The notes under the pieces were generated by a model. It did not search any database. It saw nothing but the letters and a program-made list of their open reading frames with translations, and was not told the origin of the DNA. A stretch of DNA of 64,000 bases, from the NCBI GenBank assembly GCA_016938065.1, contig JAFGVI010000026.1:13904-77903 (forward strand), in the 5' to 3' direction. Position numbers and translations under genes: made by a program. This document shows positions 1 through 9,068 of the stretch, one piece after another. This DNA comes from Deltaproteobacteria bacterium. GTDB taxonomy: Bacteria > Desulfobacterota > Anaeroferrophillalia > Anaeroferrophillales > Tharpellaceae. The number at the start of each line of letters is the position of its first letter. Position 1 is the first letter of the stretch.

Positions 1-600
1 ATCTGCAAACATCGCCGTACCGCTGTCGGGGAATTTACCCAGAAGTCTCTGATAGAGCACGGCGTTGTCAAGCTGGCCCCGCTCCAGGGCTTCGCAATCA
101 AATTTACGCAGCATTAAAGCCTGCCAGGCGAGAATATCGGTCGGTACCCAGGGAGCCGGCATCAGTTTAAGCATGGCAAATTCAAAAGGAAGCAGGGCTG
201 GATCGGCCGCAATTTCCGCCAGACGCTGATTGAAACCGGCGCAATAACCATTGATTACAGCTTTGCTTTCATCATCAAAGTTGGCGAAAGCCTCTTCAAG
301 TTCGATTTTGGAGTAGCCTATAGTGCGCACAAAAACATCGGTTTCGAGTTGATCGGGACCGAGAATCTCAGCTAAGGTGCCCAGCCCTGAACGTCGAAAG
401 GTTTCGGCCTGCCACAGGCGATCGCAGGCCACCGCATAGCCCACCGCCGCAAAAACCTCATCTATGGGGGCATCCTCCGGGCCCCTGACAAACCAGACGC
501 CCTGAGCGTCGCGGCTGGTGGTCACACTTGCCAGGACCGGAGTAATAAGCATTGCCAAGGCAACAAATCCTATTAGTATGCCCGCGAATAACTTTCTCAT
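1..600 (-). CDS. Penicillin acylase / peptidase S45 family protein, N-terminal part (runs off the window edge)
   Basis: Not in ORF track. Manual translation from ATG 600 (GAGGAG RBS upstream): MRKLFAGILIGFVALAMLITPVLA signal peptide, then VTTSRDAQGVWFV...AVGYAVACDRLWQAETFRRSGLGTLAEILGP, typical of the S45 alpha-subunit start. Confidence 0.85.
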   Translation of the reverse strand, partial: MRKLFAGILIGFVALAMLITPVLASVTTSRDAQGVWFVRGPEDAPIDEVFAAVGYAVACDRLWQAETFRRSGLGTLAEILGPDQLETDVFVRTIGYSKIELEEAFANFDDESKAVINGYCAGFNQRLAEIAADPALLPFEFAMLKLMPAPWVPTDILAWQALMLRKFDCEALERGQLDNAVLYQRLLGKFPDSGTAMFAD

Positions 601-717
601 CGTCGATTTCTCCTCTGGATATGCAGCTCCGTTAAAAAAAATTAGTACTACCTCACATATATTAAGATAGTCTAATTCTAATATTATAATAGCAGGGGTT
701 TGTCAATCACCCATTTG

Positions 718-1359
718 TCAAGCCAGAAGCTGCATGATCAACTGCATATCTTCCCAGGTTTCTTTCTTTTTGCCGGGGCTGCGCAGAAGGTAGGCGGGGT
801 GATAGGTCGGCACCAGCAGGCAGTAATCTTTATAGGGGTGAGCATGGCCGCGAAGTCTGCCGATTGAGGTATCGGTGTTGAGCATGGTCTGAGCCGCAAA
901 GGTACCAAGGGCACAGATTACTTTTGGTTTAATGGTCTCAATCTGACGATCCAGAAAAGGTGAGCAGATGGCGATCTCATGAACTTCAGGATTACGATTG
1001 CCGGGGGGACGGCATTTTATGATGTTGGCAATATAAACCTGCTCGCGGGTCTTGCCGATCGCGGCGATTATTTTACTCAGAAGCTGGCCCGATCTGCCGA
1101 CAAAGGGCTCACCTTGAAGATCTTCGTCGGCCCCCGGCGCTTCACCGACAAACATCAGTTCGGCGTTGGCATTGCCGGCCCCGAAGACCAGCTTGTTCCG
1201 GGTTGTATGAAGATGACAGCGCCGACAATCCCCCAAATCCCGGCGGATATCGGCCAGATCTTTTGCCGAATCGTGTTTCGGTTTGAGAACCCCCGGATTT
1301 TGTAATTGACGCTGATGAATAACATGGGCTTTTAATTGTTCAAGGTCATGAGCCAGCAT
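718..1359 (-). CDS. Uracil-DNA glycosylase, family 4 (4Fe-4S)
   Basis: CxxC, GEAPG, EPFVGRSG, KCRPPGNR and TYHPAY motifs. Confidence 0.95.
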   Translation of the reverse strand: MLAHDLEQLKAHVIHQRQLQNPGVLKPKHDSAKDLADIRRDLGDCRRCHLHTTRNKLVFGAGNANAELMFVGEAPGADEDLQGEPFVGRSGQLLSKIIAAIGKTREQVYIANIIKCRPPGNRNPEVHEIAICSPFLDRQIETIKPKVICALGTFAAQTMLNTDTSIGRLRGHAHPYKDYCLLVPTYHPAYLLRSPGKKKETWEDMQLIMQLLA

Positions 1360-1361
1360 GG

Positions 1362-2576
1362 TTACAACACCTGACCGCGCAAACGGCGTTTATGCTTGAG
1401 GGCAAGCATATGGTCCAGAATGACCCCGGCAACTTTTTCTTTGCTCATTAAGGGGAAATCGGTTGACTGGCCGTCACGGTCGATAATTTTGATGATATTG
1501 GTATCGACCCCGAATCCGGCGCCCGGAGCCGTAACATCATTGGCGACAATCATATCAAGATTCTTGCGCTTGATCTTTTCCTGCGCGTGAGCCAGCAATT
1601 TGCTGGTTTCGGCGGCAAAGCCGACCAGAAAAGGTCGGTCGGGACGCTGTCCCAAGCCGGCTAAAATATCGGGGTTAGGCTCAAGTTCAAGACAATAACC
1701 ACCTTCACGTTTAATTTTTTCCGCCGCCTGCACCGCCGGCCGGAAATCGGCTACGGCTGCCGCCATGATAACCGAGGTCACCCCGGCAAGATTAGCATTG
1801 ATAGCATCAGACATCTCAACCGCAGTCCTGCATTGTATGACTTTGATGCCCCAGGTTTCAATCTCAGCCGAAGGTCCGGCCACGAGAATAACTTCAGCGC
1901 CGCGCCGCCGGGCAACGGCAGCCAGACTGTAACCCATTTTTCCCGAGGAGCGGTTGGTCAGACAGCGGGCCGGATCAATTGCCTCTTCTGTCGGGCCGGC
2001 ACTGATCAGAATTTTTTCCCCTTTAAGATCGTCAGGACTCAAAAGGGCTTTGATCTCATCCATGATCGCCTCAATATCGGCGAGTTTGCCCCGGCCGACA
2101 ACGCCGCAGGCGAGTTCACCTTCAGCCGGATCCATAAAATGATAATTCATCTCTTTAAGATTGGCGATGTTTTTCTGCACCACCAGACTGGCCCACATGT
2201 TGGTATTCATAGCCGGTGCGAAAAGAACCGGCACCCGGGTTGCCATGACCATGGTCGTCAGAAAATCATCGGCAATACCATTGGCAATTTTTCCGATAAT
2301 GTTAGCCGTGGCCGGAGCGATAACCAGCAGATCAGCCCGGCTGGCCAGCGAGACATGGCCGATTTCAGAAGAGGCAAAAAGGGTGAAGATATCGGTAGTT
2401 ACGGGATTGCCGGAGAGGGTTTGAAAGGTGAGGGGACCAACAAACTCTGTCGCACTTTTAGTCATAATAACATTGACATTGGCTCCGTGTTTAGTCAGCT
2501 CTCTTAAAAGCAATACCGATTTGTAGGCAGCGATTCCACCGGTAACCCCGAGCAGAATCTCTTTTCCATGCAGCAT
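1362..2576 (-). CDS. coaBC: Bifunctional phosphopantothenoylcysteine decarboxylase / phosphopantothenate-cysteine ligase
   Basis: GVTGGIAAYK, APAMN, LACG, NRSSGKMG, AAVADF and VGFAAET motifs. Confidence 0.97.
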   Translation of the reverse strand: MLHGKEILLGVTGGIAAYKSVLLLRELTKHGANVNVIMTKSATEFVGPLTFQTLSGNPVTTDIFTLFASSEIGHVSLASRADLLVIAPATANIIGKIANGIADDFLTTMVMATRVPVLFAPAMNTNMWASLVVQKNIANLKEMNYHFMDPAEGELACGVVGRGKLADIEAIMDEIKALLSPDDLKGEKILISAGPTEEAIDPARCLTNRSSGKMGYSLAAVARRRGAEVILVAGPSAEIETWGIKVIQCRTAVEMSDAINANLAGVTSVIMAAAVADFRPAVQAAEKIKREGGYCLELEPNPDILAGLGQRPDRPFLVGFAAETSKLLAHAQEKIKRKNLDMIVANDVTAPGAGFGVDTNIIKIIDRDGQSTDFPLMSKEKVAGVILDHMLALKHKRRLRGQVL

Positions 2577-2696
2577 GTTTTATAATCTCCGCGAAAAGAG
2601 TTGATGGATTATGGATTTTTGTAACACTTTACCAGACAGCGCACAACAGATAACGCAAATCATGCTTGATGACAAGGATAAATGAAAAAAATGATT

Positions 2697-3098
2697 TCAT
2701 TGTTTTACTGACTCGGAGGGCAATCCAGGCCGCACCTTAAGCACGGTCTCCTTGCGCAACGTAACCGTGCCGGGCTTAGCCCCACGAGGTTTACCGACAA
2801 ATTTGGCCTTGGTACAGGAGACTGCCACCACCCCGCCGGCCCGAGCTTTGCTGTGCCAGGCAGCAACTGCCGCTGCCTGCCTAAGCATTTCCTTGTCGGG
2901 TTCCTGTGACGTTCCTTCAGGAGAGCGCAGAAGCACATGGCTGCCGGGCATGCCGCGAACATGAAACCACCAGTCCTCCGCCCGCGCCACCTTCAAGCTC
3001 AGCTGGTCATTGTCTTTGTCGCTGTGGCCGGCCATGATCAGCCAGCCTCCGGACAAAGGATATTCGTAAGCCTTGAGTTCATCGTTCTTCATTTTCAT
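2697..3098 (-). CDS. Standalone NFACT RNA-binding domain (DUF814) protein
   Basis: ND.LS, DWWFHVRGMPGSHV, AAAVAAWHSKA and KPRGAKPGTV motifs. Confidence 0.85.
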   Translation of the reverse strand: MKMKNDELKAYEYPLSGGWLIMAGHSDKDNDQLSLKVARAEDWWFHVRGMPGSHVLLRSPEGTSQEPDKEMLRQAAAVAAWHSKARAGGVVAVSCTKAKFVGKPRGAKPGTVTLRKETVLKVRPGLPSESVKQ

Positions 3099-3745
3099 AG
3101 TGCGTTATATTTTAAAGGGTATTGGGCAAAAAGTTTGTTCCAGCCGTTTATGTCAGCTCCTTTCTGGGAGTTTTCATAAGGAGCCAGAAAGTCAACATAG
3201 ACATTATGTAACTGTTCATAACCCCAGGAGGGCTCTTCCAGTGTTCGCGGCTGAATATAGAGAATAAGAAAATTATGGCCCGGATAACAGGACTGAAACC
3301 CCTCAAGCACCATTTCCGCATCTTCGCGGCTCGAAAATTGATTTCTTTTGATGAAATAAAGAACTCTATCTGATGATGAAGTCAGTTTTCTCCATTTGTT
3401 GACCAGGTAGTCGACTTTACTTTTCTCCACTGCATAAATTTTATCGAAATCGTAATCATTCCGAAAATGTCGTCTGCCGCTTTGCGGATCTAATTTGGAA
3501 TAGAGTTTGGAATGAAAGGCCACGCTGGTTTTTGTATCTCGAATCATGCTGTCAATCTCTGCCGGTTTAAGATTTTCTTTGACAAAGAGATCTTGAAAAT
3601 CGCTTCTGATAAGAGAGATAAGCTTGTCACTGTCCACTACGACAAACCGGAAGATACTGCTCTCGTTATAATTTATCCGCCAGAACTGAAAGCCGGCTTC
3701 ACAATTATCTCCTAAAGAGATGTAATGATCGAATTCTTTTTTCAC
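3095..3745 (-). CDS. DUF1796-like putative papain-fold cysteine peptidase
   Basis: N-terminal ISLGDNC, conserved-looking FH, and LYFIKR; GTG start. Confidence 0.65.
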   Translation of the reverse strand: MKKEFDHYISLGDNCEAGFQFWRINYNESSIFRFVVVDSDKLISLIRSDFQDLFVKENLKPAEIDSMIRDTKTSVAFHSKLYSKLDPQSGRRHFRNDYDFDKIYAVEKSKVDYLVNKWRKLTSSSDRVLYFIKRNQFSSREDAEMVLEGFQSCYPGHNFLILYIQPRTLEEPSWGYEQLHNVYVDFLAPYENSQKGADINGWNKLFAQYPLKYNAL

Positions 3746-3766
3746 TGGCGCCTCGTTTTAAACAGG

Positions 3767-5173
3767 TTAGAAATCGCACTCAGTCCGGTTGGCGTACTGT
3801 TTAAGCAGGTCATGATTGACAATTTCAAAAGTGTCCGGCTCTGTGCCCGGTTTAATAAATTTTTTGGCAGCAAAAACCTCAAGACCGAGGTTTAATCTTT
3901 TAAAATCGTAATCGGGGGCCGCGTTTTTGAGATCTGCGAGCGTAAACCGGTATCTTTCTTTGCCGGTGGCGCAAAGGTTTATAATCATCGGAGCAACTTC
4001 ATAGGTCGGGGTTGTGCAGATACCAGCCCGCACCCGATGCATCAGCTGGTCGCTGAAATCTTCGAGTTCGGGTAACTCGCCGGGTGAAATTTTCAGCGGC
4101 TGACCCAGATTGACAAAGGTTGTCGTCTCCTGCAGAGAGCCATATTCACGATTGAGCTTGACCAGCTGTTGAATGAGATCACCGTAACTGATATTGACCC
4201 CTTTACGACTCTCCTCAATGGCCAGATCTTCAGGCACACAGGTGTAGGAGAGTGAGATCGGTACAAAATAGACGCTGCGATCTCTTTTTTCGACAAATTC
4301 AAAAATATTCTTGATGATGCCGACTTTGGGTTTTAAAATTTTACCACTGCGGGAACGTCCTCCCTCAGGATAGAAAAGATAGGGTTCGTTGTGAAGCCAC
4401 ATGTACTGGTTGTGCTGTTTGAACGTTTCGATATAGAGTGGGTTGCCCAGCCACTTGATCTTTTTTTCAATCATATCATCGCGTTTAAGTTGACAGACAT
4501 TGAGCTTGGGCAGGATTTTGCGCGAGATGCCCCGATAGAGATTGCTCCCGGCAATAACCACCGGGGAGATCACCCCGGCCCGGTTCAGGGCAAAAAGGAT
4601 GGGCAGATGGTCGGCATTGGAGATATGGTTGGCAATGAAAAAGACCGGCTCGTTACCAACCAGACGACGTACTTCGTTGATGGTTCCGGGGAGCGTTTCA
4701 ACGGCTCTGATAGAGTCGACAAAGTGATTGAAGAGGCGCTTGCCGACAGCACGAAAAAGGATGAGAAAAGCCGGATTAAAGTCCGGAGCAATGTCTTCCA
4801 GATAGAGATTGGCGAGAAATCTTAGAGTATCTGGTCCTTCTAGTTTCTTAAGAAAATCAGTTCTTTGCTGAATGTTTTCAATAGATGACTTTAATTGCTC
4901 ATGACGCTTTCCCGATACGCCTTGAGCCCGTCCTTTAAGTCGGTGCAGAAGCAGGCCGTCATGCATCAGCTGCAGGTTTTTGGCTTCAAAAACCGTGAGG
5001 TCTCCGAGCATGCCCTCACGGCCATAATCGACCAGCAGATATTTAATCACCGAAGCGATCAGTCTTTGCCGGTCGATGCGACTTTTATTGACGGCCAAAC
5101 GGTTAACCAGCAGCAACAGCAGCGGGCTTCGGCTCAGGCTCAAAAGAAAATCTATGGCACGATCAATTTTCAT
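3767..5173 (-). CDS. Glycerol-3-phosphate / 1-acylglycerol-3-phosphate acyltransferase (PlsB/PlsC superfamily)
   Basis: NHISNAD (HxxxxD), AGSNL, YPEGGRSRSG and FVPISLSY blocks. Confidence 0.85.
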   Translation of the reverse strand: MKIDRAIDFLLSLSRSPLLLLLVNRLAVNKSRIDRQRLIASVIKYLLVDYGREGMLGDLTVFEAKNLQLMHDGLLLHRLKGRAQGVSGKRHEQLKSSIENIQQRTDFLKKLEGPDTLRFLANLYLEDIAPDFNPAFLILFRAVGKRLFNHFVDSIRAVETLPGTINEVRRLVGNEPVFFIANHISNADHLPILFALNRAGVISPVVIAGSNLYRGISRKILPKLNVCQLKRDDMIEKKIKWLGNPLYIETFKQHNQYMWLHNEPYLFYPEGGRSRSGKILKPKVGIIKNIFEFVEKRDRSVYFVPISLSYTCVPEDLAIEESRKGVNISYGDLIQQLVKLNREYGSLQETTTFVNLGQPLKISPGELPELEDFSDQLMHRVRAGICTTPTYEVAPMIINLCATGKERYRFTLADLKNAAPDYDFKRLNLGLEVFAAKKFIKPGTEPDTFEIVNHDLLKQYANRTECDF

Positions 5174-5176
5174 CTT

Positions 5177-6202
5177 TTAATAAAGTTTATATTTTTCGCG
5201 CAGGGTCTGAGAGAGCTGCCCGAGACTGGCAAAGGCCAGGTTGACGGTTTTCTGTTTATCCGGATTGATCAGACAGCAGGTCGCCGGCGACAACAGGCTT
5301 TGCGCAAGCAACAGATCACGATCCAGACCTTCGTCGATGAGACCCTGCCAGGTTGATTCGAGCAGTGCGGTCAAGCTCGCATGATTCTCTTTTTTGAACG
5401 GTTCAATATTGGTCGGAACAACACCCCAGACGATAATGCCGCCCCGTTTAATGAAATTGATGATGGCTTTTTTGTAGAGGGGAAGAACCCTGGCATTGGT
5501 ATAGAGATCGATCGAAACGATATCCATGTCAAAACCCAAAAGAAAATCCCAGTCCGGATTGCCGCAGAGATGAATGCCCCGGGGCCGCTCGATCATACTG
5601 AAAAGATAATCGATATCTTCGCGGGCAAAAAGATCGCTATAGCCCGACATCGCGCTGAAGATGAACTGCAGACCCGGTTCATCGATAAACATAAAGGCGT
5701 TGGGATTTTTCTCTTTGAGGCGGGCCAGTTGGACATTTACCCGCCGGGCCATGAATTCATAAAGAAAGGGGCGCACCATATCATCAAAAATAATCGGTCG
5801 ATCATTTTCATCTTTTATGAAAAAACCAAAACTGACCGGCCCTTCGAGCTGCCCCCGAATGGCGGCCCTCTGACTTAGATCAAGTTCCAGAAAACGATGA
5901 TAAACGGCTGAATATTGGAAACTTACGTCAAAGTATTGGGGCTCTTCGAAATGACTCAAGGTATCTTCCAGCTCAGCCATAAACTTCTTACTCGAAAAAC
6001 GCAGGCTCTTTTTTTCAAGATCCAGGACAATGCCGGGGAAATGTTCCGCCGCCTGCACATACATATCTCCATAATAACTGTAGAGAGGCAGCTGCGGCCA
6101 GAAGGGGATATCGAGCGAGAGAGCCAGCTGCAGCGCTTCATCGACGTCGGTATGGGGCATGACCGCCATCGCGGTGGTTAGCAGGTTTCCGGGCAGCGGC
6201 AT
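5177..6202 (-). CDS. Methionine synthase catalytic-domain-only ('core' MetE-like) protein
   Basis: 341 aa; MPH...PFWPQLP, GQLEGPVSF, IDEP, HLC zinc motif, WGVVPT, SPATCC. Confidence 0.7.
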   Translation of the reverse strand: MPLPGNLLTTAMAVMPHTDVDEALQLALSLDIPFWPQLPLYSYYGDMYVQAAEHFPGIVLDLEKKSLRFSSKKFMAELEDTLSHFEEPQYFDVSFQYSAVYHRFLELDLSQRAAIRGQLEGPVSFGFFIKDENDRPIIFDDMVRPFLYEFMARRVNVQLARLKEKNPNAFMFIDEPGLQFIFSAMSGYSDLFAREDIDYLFSMIERPRGIHLCGNPDWDFLLGFDMDIVSIDLYTNARVLPLYKKAIINFIKRGGIIVWGVVPTNIEPFKKENHASLTALLESTWQGLIDEGLDRDLLLAQSLLSPATCCLINPDKQKTVNLAFASLGQLSQTLREKYKLY

Positions 6203-6215
6203 CGGAGCCTCCTTC

Positions 6216-6611
6216 TCAGGGAACAGTTACAGTTGTTTCAAGAACGACAAAAGCCAAAGCAAAATCCTGCTCATGCGAGAGACTCAACCAGGAAACCGCC
6301 TGATTTTTTTCGTAGCAAACCCGGTGGGCCCGGTTGTGCAGTTTCAGCTGGGGTTGACCGAGATTGTTGTTGATGACTTCAACATCACACCAGCTCAGAC
6401 CTTCCCGCAAGCCCAGACCCAGGGCTTTGACAAAAGCTTCTTTTGCGGCAAAGCGGGCGGCCAGGTGAATTGCCGGTCGGGCTTTAGCAAAAGCATAAGC
6501 AGTTTCCGTCTCACTGAAGACGCGCTGCAGAAAACGCCGGCCGTAACGTGCGACCAGCGTTTCGATGCGGCTGACCTGAACAATATCGCTGCCGATGCCG
6601 ACGATACTCAT
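6216..6611 (-). CDS. acpS: Holo-[acyl-carrier-protein] synthase
   Basis: [19 protein letters not shown] and LSLSHE motifs; follows pdxJ. Confidence 0.97.
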   Translation of the reverse strand: MSIVGIGSDIVQVSRIETLVARYGRRFLQRVFSETETAYAFAKARPAIHLAARFAAKEAFVKALGLGLREGLSWCDVEVINNNLGQPQLKLHNRAHRVCYEKNQAVSWLSLSHEQDFALAFVVLETTVTVP

Positions 6612-7321
6612 GGCAACAGGGCTTTCATCTCCCGCACAGCTCGTTCAAGGCCAACGAAGATGGCGTGACCGATAATACTGTGACCGATGTTGAGTTCTTC
6701 CAGCCCGGGAAGGTTGGCAATGGGAATAACATTGCGATAGTTCAATCCGTGTCCGGCATTAATTCTCAAACCGAGATTAGACGCGGTAATGCAGGCCAGA
6801 TCAATCAGGGAAAATTCTTTTTTAAGATCGTCTTCACTTTGCGCGTCACAATAACGCCCGGTGTGGATCTCAATAAATTGAGCACCGATAGAAGCCGCCG
6901 CTTCAATCTGATCGAGGTCAGGATCAATAAAGAGGCTGACGACAATACCTGCATCCTGAAATTTTTTGACCACCGGTTCCAATTTCAGACGATGTCCGAT
7001 TACATCCAGTCCACCCTCGGTGGTCAACTCTTCCCGCTTTTCCGGCACAAAGGTGGCCGCGTAAGGTTTTATCTGCAGGGCAAAATCCAAAATTTCCGGA
7101 GCCAGGGCCAGTTCCAGATTCAATCTGGTTTTTATAGTCTCTTGCAGCAAGCGCACATCGCGTTCCTGAATATGGCGATGGTCTTCCCGCAGATGTACCG
7201 TGATGCCGTCCGCCCCCCCCAGTTCAGCCAGAACAGCGGCGTTGACCGGGTCAGGTTCGCTGATACCCCGAGCCTGCCTGACGGTTGCCACATGATCGAT
7301 ATTTACGCCGAGTTTTACCAT
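6608..7321 (-). CDS. pdxJ: Pyridoxine 5'-phosphate synthase
   Basis: [28 protein letters not shown] and ELNIGHSII motifs. Confidence 0.98.
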   Translation of the reverse strand: MVKLGVNIDHVATVRQARGISEPDPVNAAVLAELGGADGITVHLREDHRHIQERDVRLLQETIKTRLNLELALAPEILDFALQIKPYAATFVPEKREELTTEGGLDVIGHRLKLEPVVKKFQDAGIVVSLFIDPDLDQIEAAASIGAQFIEIHTGRYCDAQSEDDLKKEFSLIDLACITASNLGLRINAGHGLNYRNVIPIANLPGLEELNIGHSIIGHAIFVGLERAVREMKALLP

Positions 7322-7444
7322 GAATCATTTCTCCTGTTTCTGTCAGTATCGCTGTCAAATTATGCGCTCTATGTACAGACGGCAAAACAATTTCTAAATG
7401 CTGATCTTCTGTGTCTGTCAAAGGCAGTTTTCAGAGGTGGTTTT

Positions 7445-7639
7445 TTAAAGTCCCAGATAGGGCAGGATTTTACTGATACCGAAAATTATCAGGACAATTG
7501 CGGCCAGACCGACGGCTATTTTAAGAATGAAGGCGCCGATCCGAAAAGCGATATAAAGAACTACCGCACCGACAATCAGGAAAACGATGCTTTGCCAGTC
7601 AAATTGCGCATTCGAGAAATAGTTGCCGAAATTATTCAT
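7445..7639 (-). CDS. Small hypothetical membrane protein with two hydrophobic segments
   Basis: AAGGA RBS before ATG 7639 (MNNFGNYF...); hydrophobic 64-aa product. Confidence 0.7.
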   Translation of the reverse strand: MNNFGNYFSNAQFDWQSIVFLIVGAVVLYIAFRIGAFILKIAVGLAAIVLIIFGISKILPYLGL

Positions 7640-7871
7640 GGGATTTTCCTTTTTCCTCATGTTTGGTTGCGTAGTGGCGACCTTCAACCCCAAAGTCACT
7701 TATCGTAGAATTATGAGTAGATGGGATTATTGAGTTTTTTTGTGCAGATTGCACATAATAAAGCGAGCCGTTGCAAATTGCAAGCAAGATCGAAACTGCG
7801 GCAAAGGCTTTTAGCGAGATTTTCCAGCGGTAATCTGACTGGTCGACTTTTTAACCATCATGGTTAAACAC

Positions 7872-7899
7872 TTGACTTCTTCTGATTTTAGTTTAGAAT
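7872..7899 (+). promoter_or_regulatory. Sigma70-type promoter of the ychJ-like gene
   Basis: TTGACT-16 nt-TAGAAT. Confidence 0.55.
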
Positions 7900-7964
7900 C
7901 CTCCATATTTTTTTGATGCTGAGGGTTACTCTTTAAGAATATGAGATGTGAGGATTGCTAACAT

Positions 7965-8450
7965 ATGAATGGATGTCCATGCGGTTCAGGAAAAGATTAT
8001 CAAGGATGTTGTGAGTTATTGATAACGGGCGTGAAAAAAGCGACCACCGCCGAAGAGCTTCTGCGGGCGCGCTACAGTGCCCATGCGAAACTGGAGATGG
8101 CTTTTGTCAAAGAGACAGTTCATCCGGAAAAAATATCTAAATATGAACCTTCAACGGCAAAGGATTGGGCTGAAAAATCAGAGTGGGAAAGGCTGGAAAT
8201 TATCGATACGGAAAAAGGGGGAGTCGATGACGAAACTGGAGAGATCGAATTTGTTGCCCATTTCCGACAGAAAGATAAGTTGAAAACTCATCACGAGCTG
8301 GCTCATTTTAAGCGGCATGATGGAGAGTGGTTTTTTTATGACGGTCAGGGAGTTGTACCGAAACAGGTGGTTCGTTCTCAACCTAAAGTCGGCAGAAATG
8401 ATCCCTGTCCCTGCGGCAGCGGAAAGAAATACAAAAAATGCTGCGCTTGA
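7965..8450 (+). CDS. YchJ family protein with N- and C-terminal SEC-C motifs
   Basis: [26 protein letters not shown] and [19 protein letters not shown]. Confidence 0.92.
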   Translation: MNGCPCGSGKDYQGCCELLITGVKKATTAEELLRARYSAHAKLEMAFVKETVHPEKISKYEPSTAKDWAEKSEWERLEIIDTEKGGVDDETGEIEFVAHFRQKDKLKTHHELAHFKRHDGEWFFYDGQGVVPKQVVRSQPKVGRNDPCPCGSGKKYKKCCA

Positions 8451-8520
8451 GATCTGTTTTACCCATCAGGAATTGTGCCGCAAAGACAAAAATCAAGCTG
8501 ATGATCAAAGCTGCAAGCAC

Positions 8521-8547
8521 AAAAAAGGGAGGCCGGAGGCTCCCTTT
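8521..8547 (-). terminator. Intrinsic terminator between the convergent ychJ-like and HesB-like genes
   Basis: AAAAAA-GGGAG...CTCCC-TTT hairpin; the U-tract reads on the minus strand. Confidence 0.6.
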
Positions 8548-8581
8548 CCTGATGGACAATATCTTGTGATATGATCCGGCT

Positions 8582-8905
8582 TTATGAACAGCAGGAACTG
8601 GTTGAACCACAGCCGGAACAGCCGCCGCCGGCTTTACTTAAATCGATATTGGCGGTAATACTGAAACCGACATTTTTAAAATCGACCTTGATCGGTTTGA
8701 CTTTTTCCATGAATTCGCGATCCACCAGAAAGGTGAAATCGCCAAAGGTGTAGCTTTCATCGGTGGGGCGCGCCTGATCCATGACCATGGAAAGAGAGGG
8801 GCCGCCTCAGCCGCCCTCATTGAGGAAAATTCTGATTGGTTCGGGCTCACGATTGGTAAAATAGCCGGCGATCTGTTCGGTTGCGGCTGAAGTCACTTCC
8901 AGCAT
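8582..8905 (-). CDS. IscA/HesB-like selenoprotein (107 aa, Sec at codon 33)
   Basis: AAGGAG RBS then ATG 8905; MLEVTSAATEQIAGYFTNREPEPIRIFLNEGG-[TGA 8809-8807]-GGPSLSMVMDQ...DFTFLVD...IKVDF...GF; downstream part is the 68-aa ORF in the track. Confidence 0.9.
8778..8791 (-). promoter_or_regulatory. Bacterial SECIS-like hairpin
   Basis: UCCAU-GGUC-AUGGA stem-loop; loop starts 20 nt after the in-frame UGA. Confidence 0.7.
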
Positions 8906-8929
8906 CTGCTCTCTCCTTTGCATTTGAGT

Positions 8930-8953
8930 TTGTCTGATTGTCTGATTGTCTGA
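8930..8953. repeat. Tandem repeat (TTGTCTGA)x3
   Basis: Three exact 8-bp units just upstream of the selenoprotein RBS. Confidence 0.9.
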
Positions 8954-9068
8954 GTTTTTCTGTTTAAAGCGCAACGAGTTATTTTAATCTCATAGCTTTC
9001 TGCTATGAAAACAATAGTCATCAAATGAATTTTTGTCAACTTACTCTTTGCGAAAAGGGGTAAAATAT

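Noticed and set aside
6665..7708. 347-aa plus-strand ORF
   Set aside because: Antisense shadow of pdxJ and the small membrane gene; no recognisable motifs
8582..8788. 68-aa ORF as a complete gene, or a nonsense pseudogene
   Set aside because: Upstream in-frame HesB N-terminus, RBS and SECIS-like hairpin favour Sec read-through
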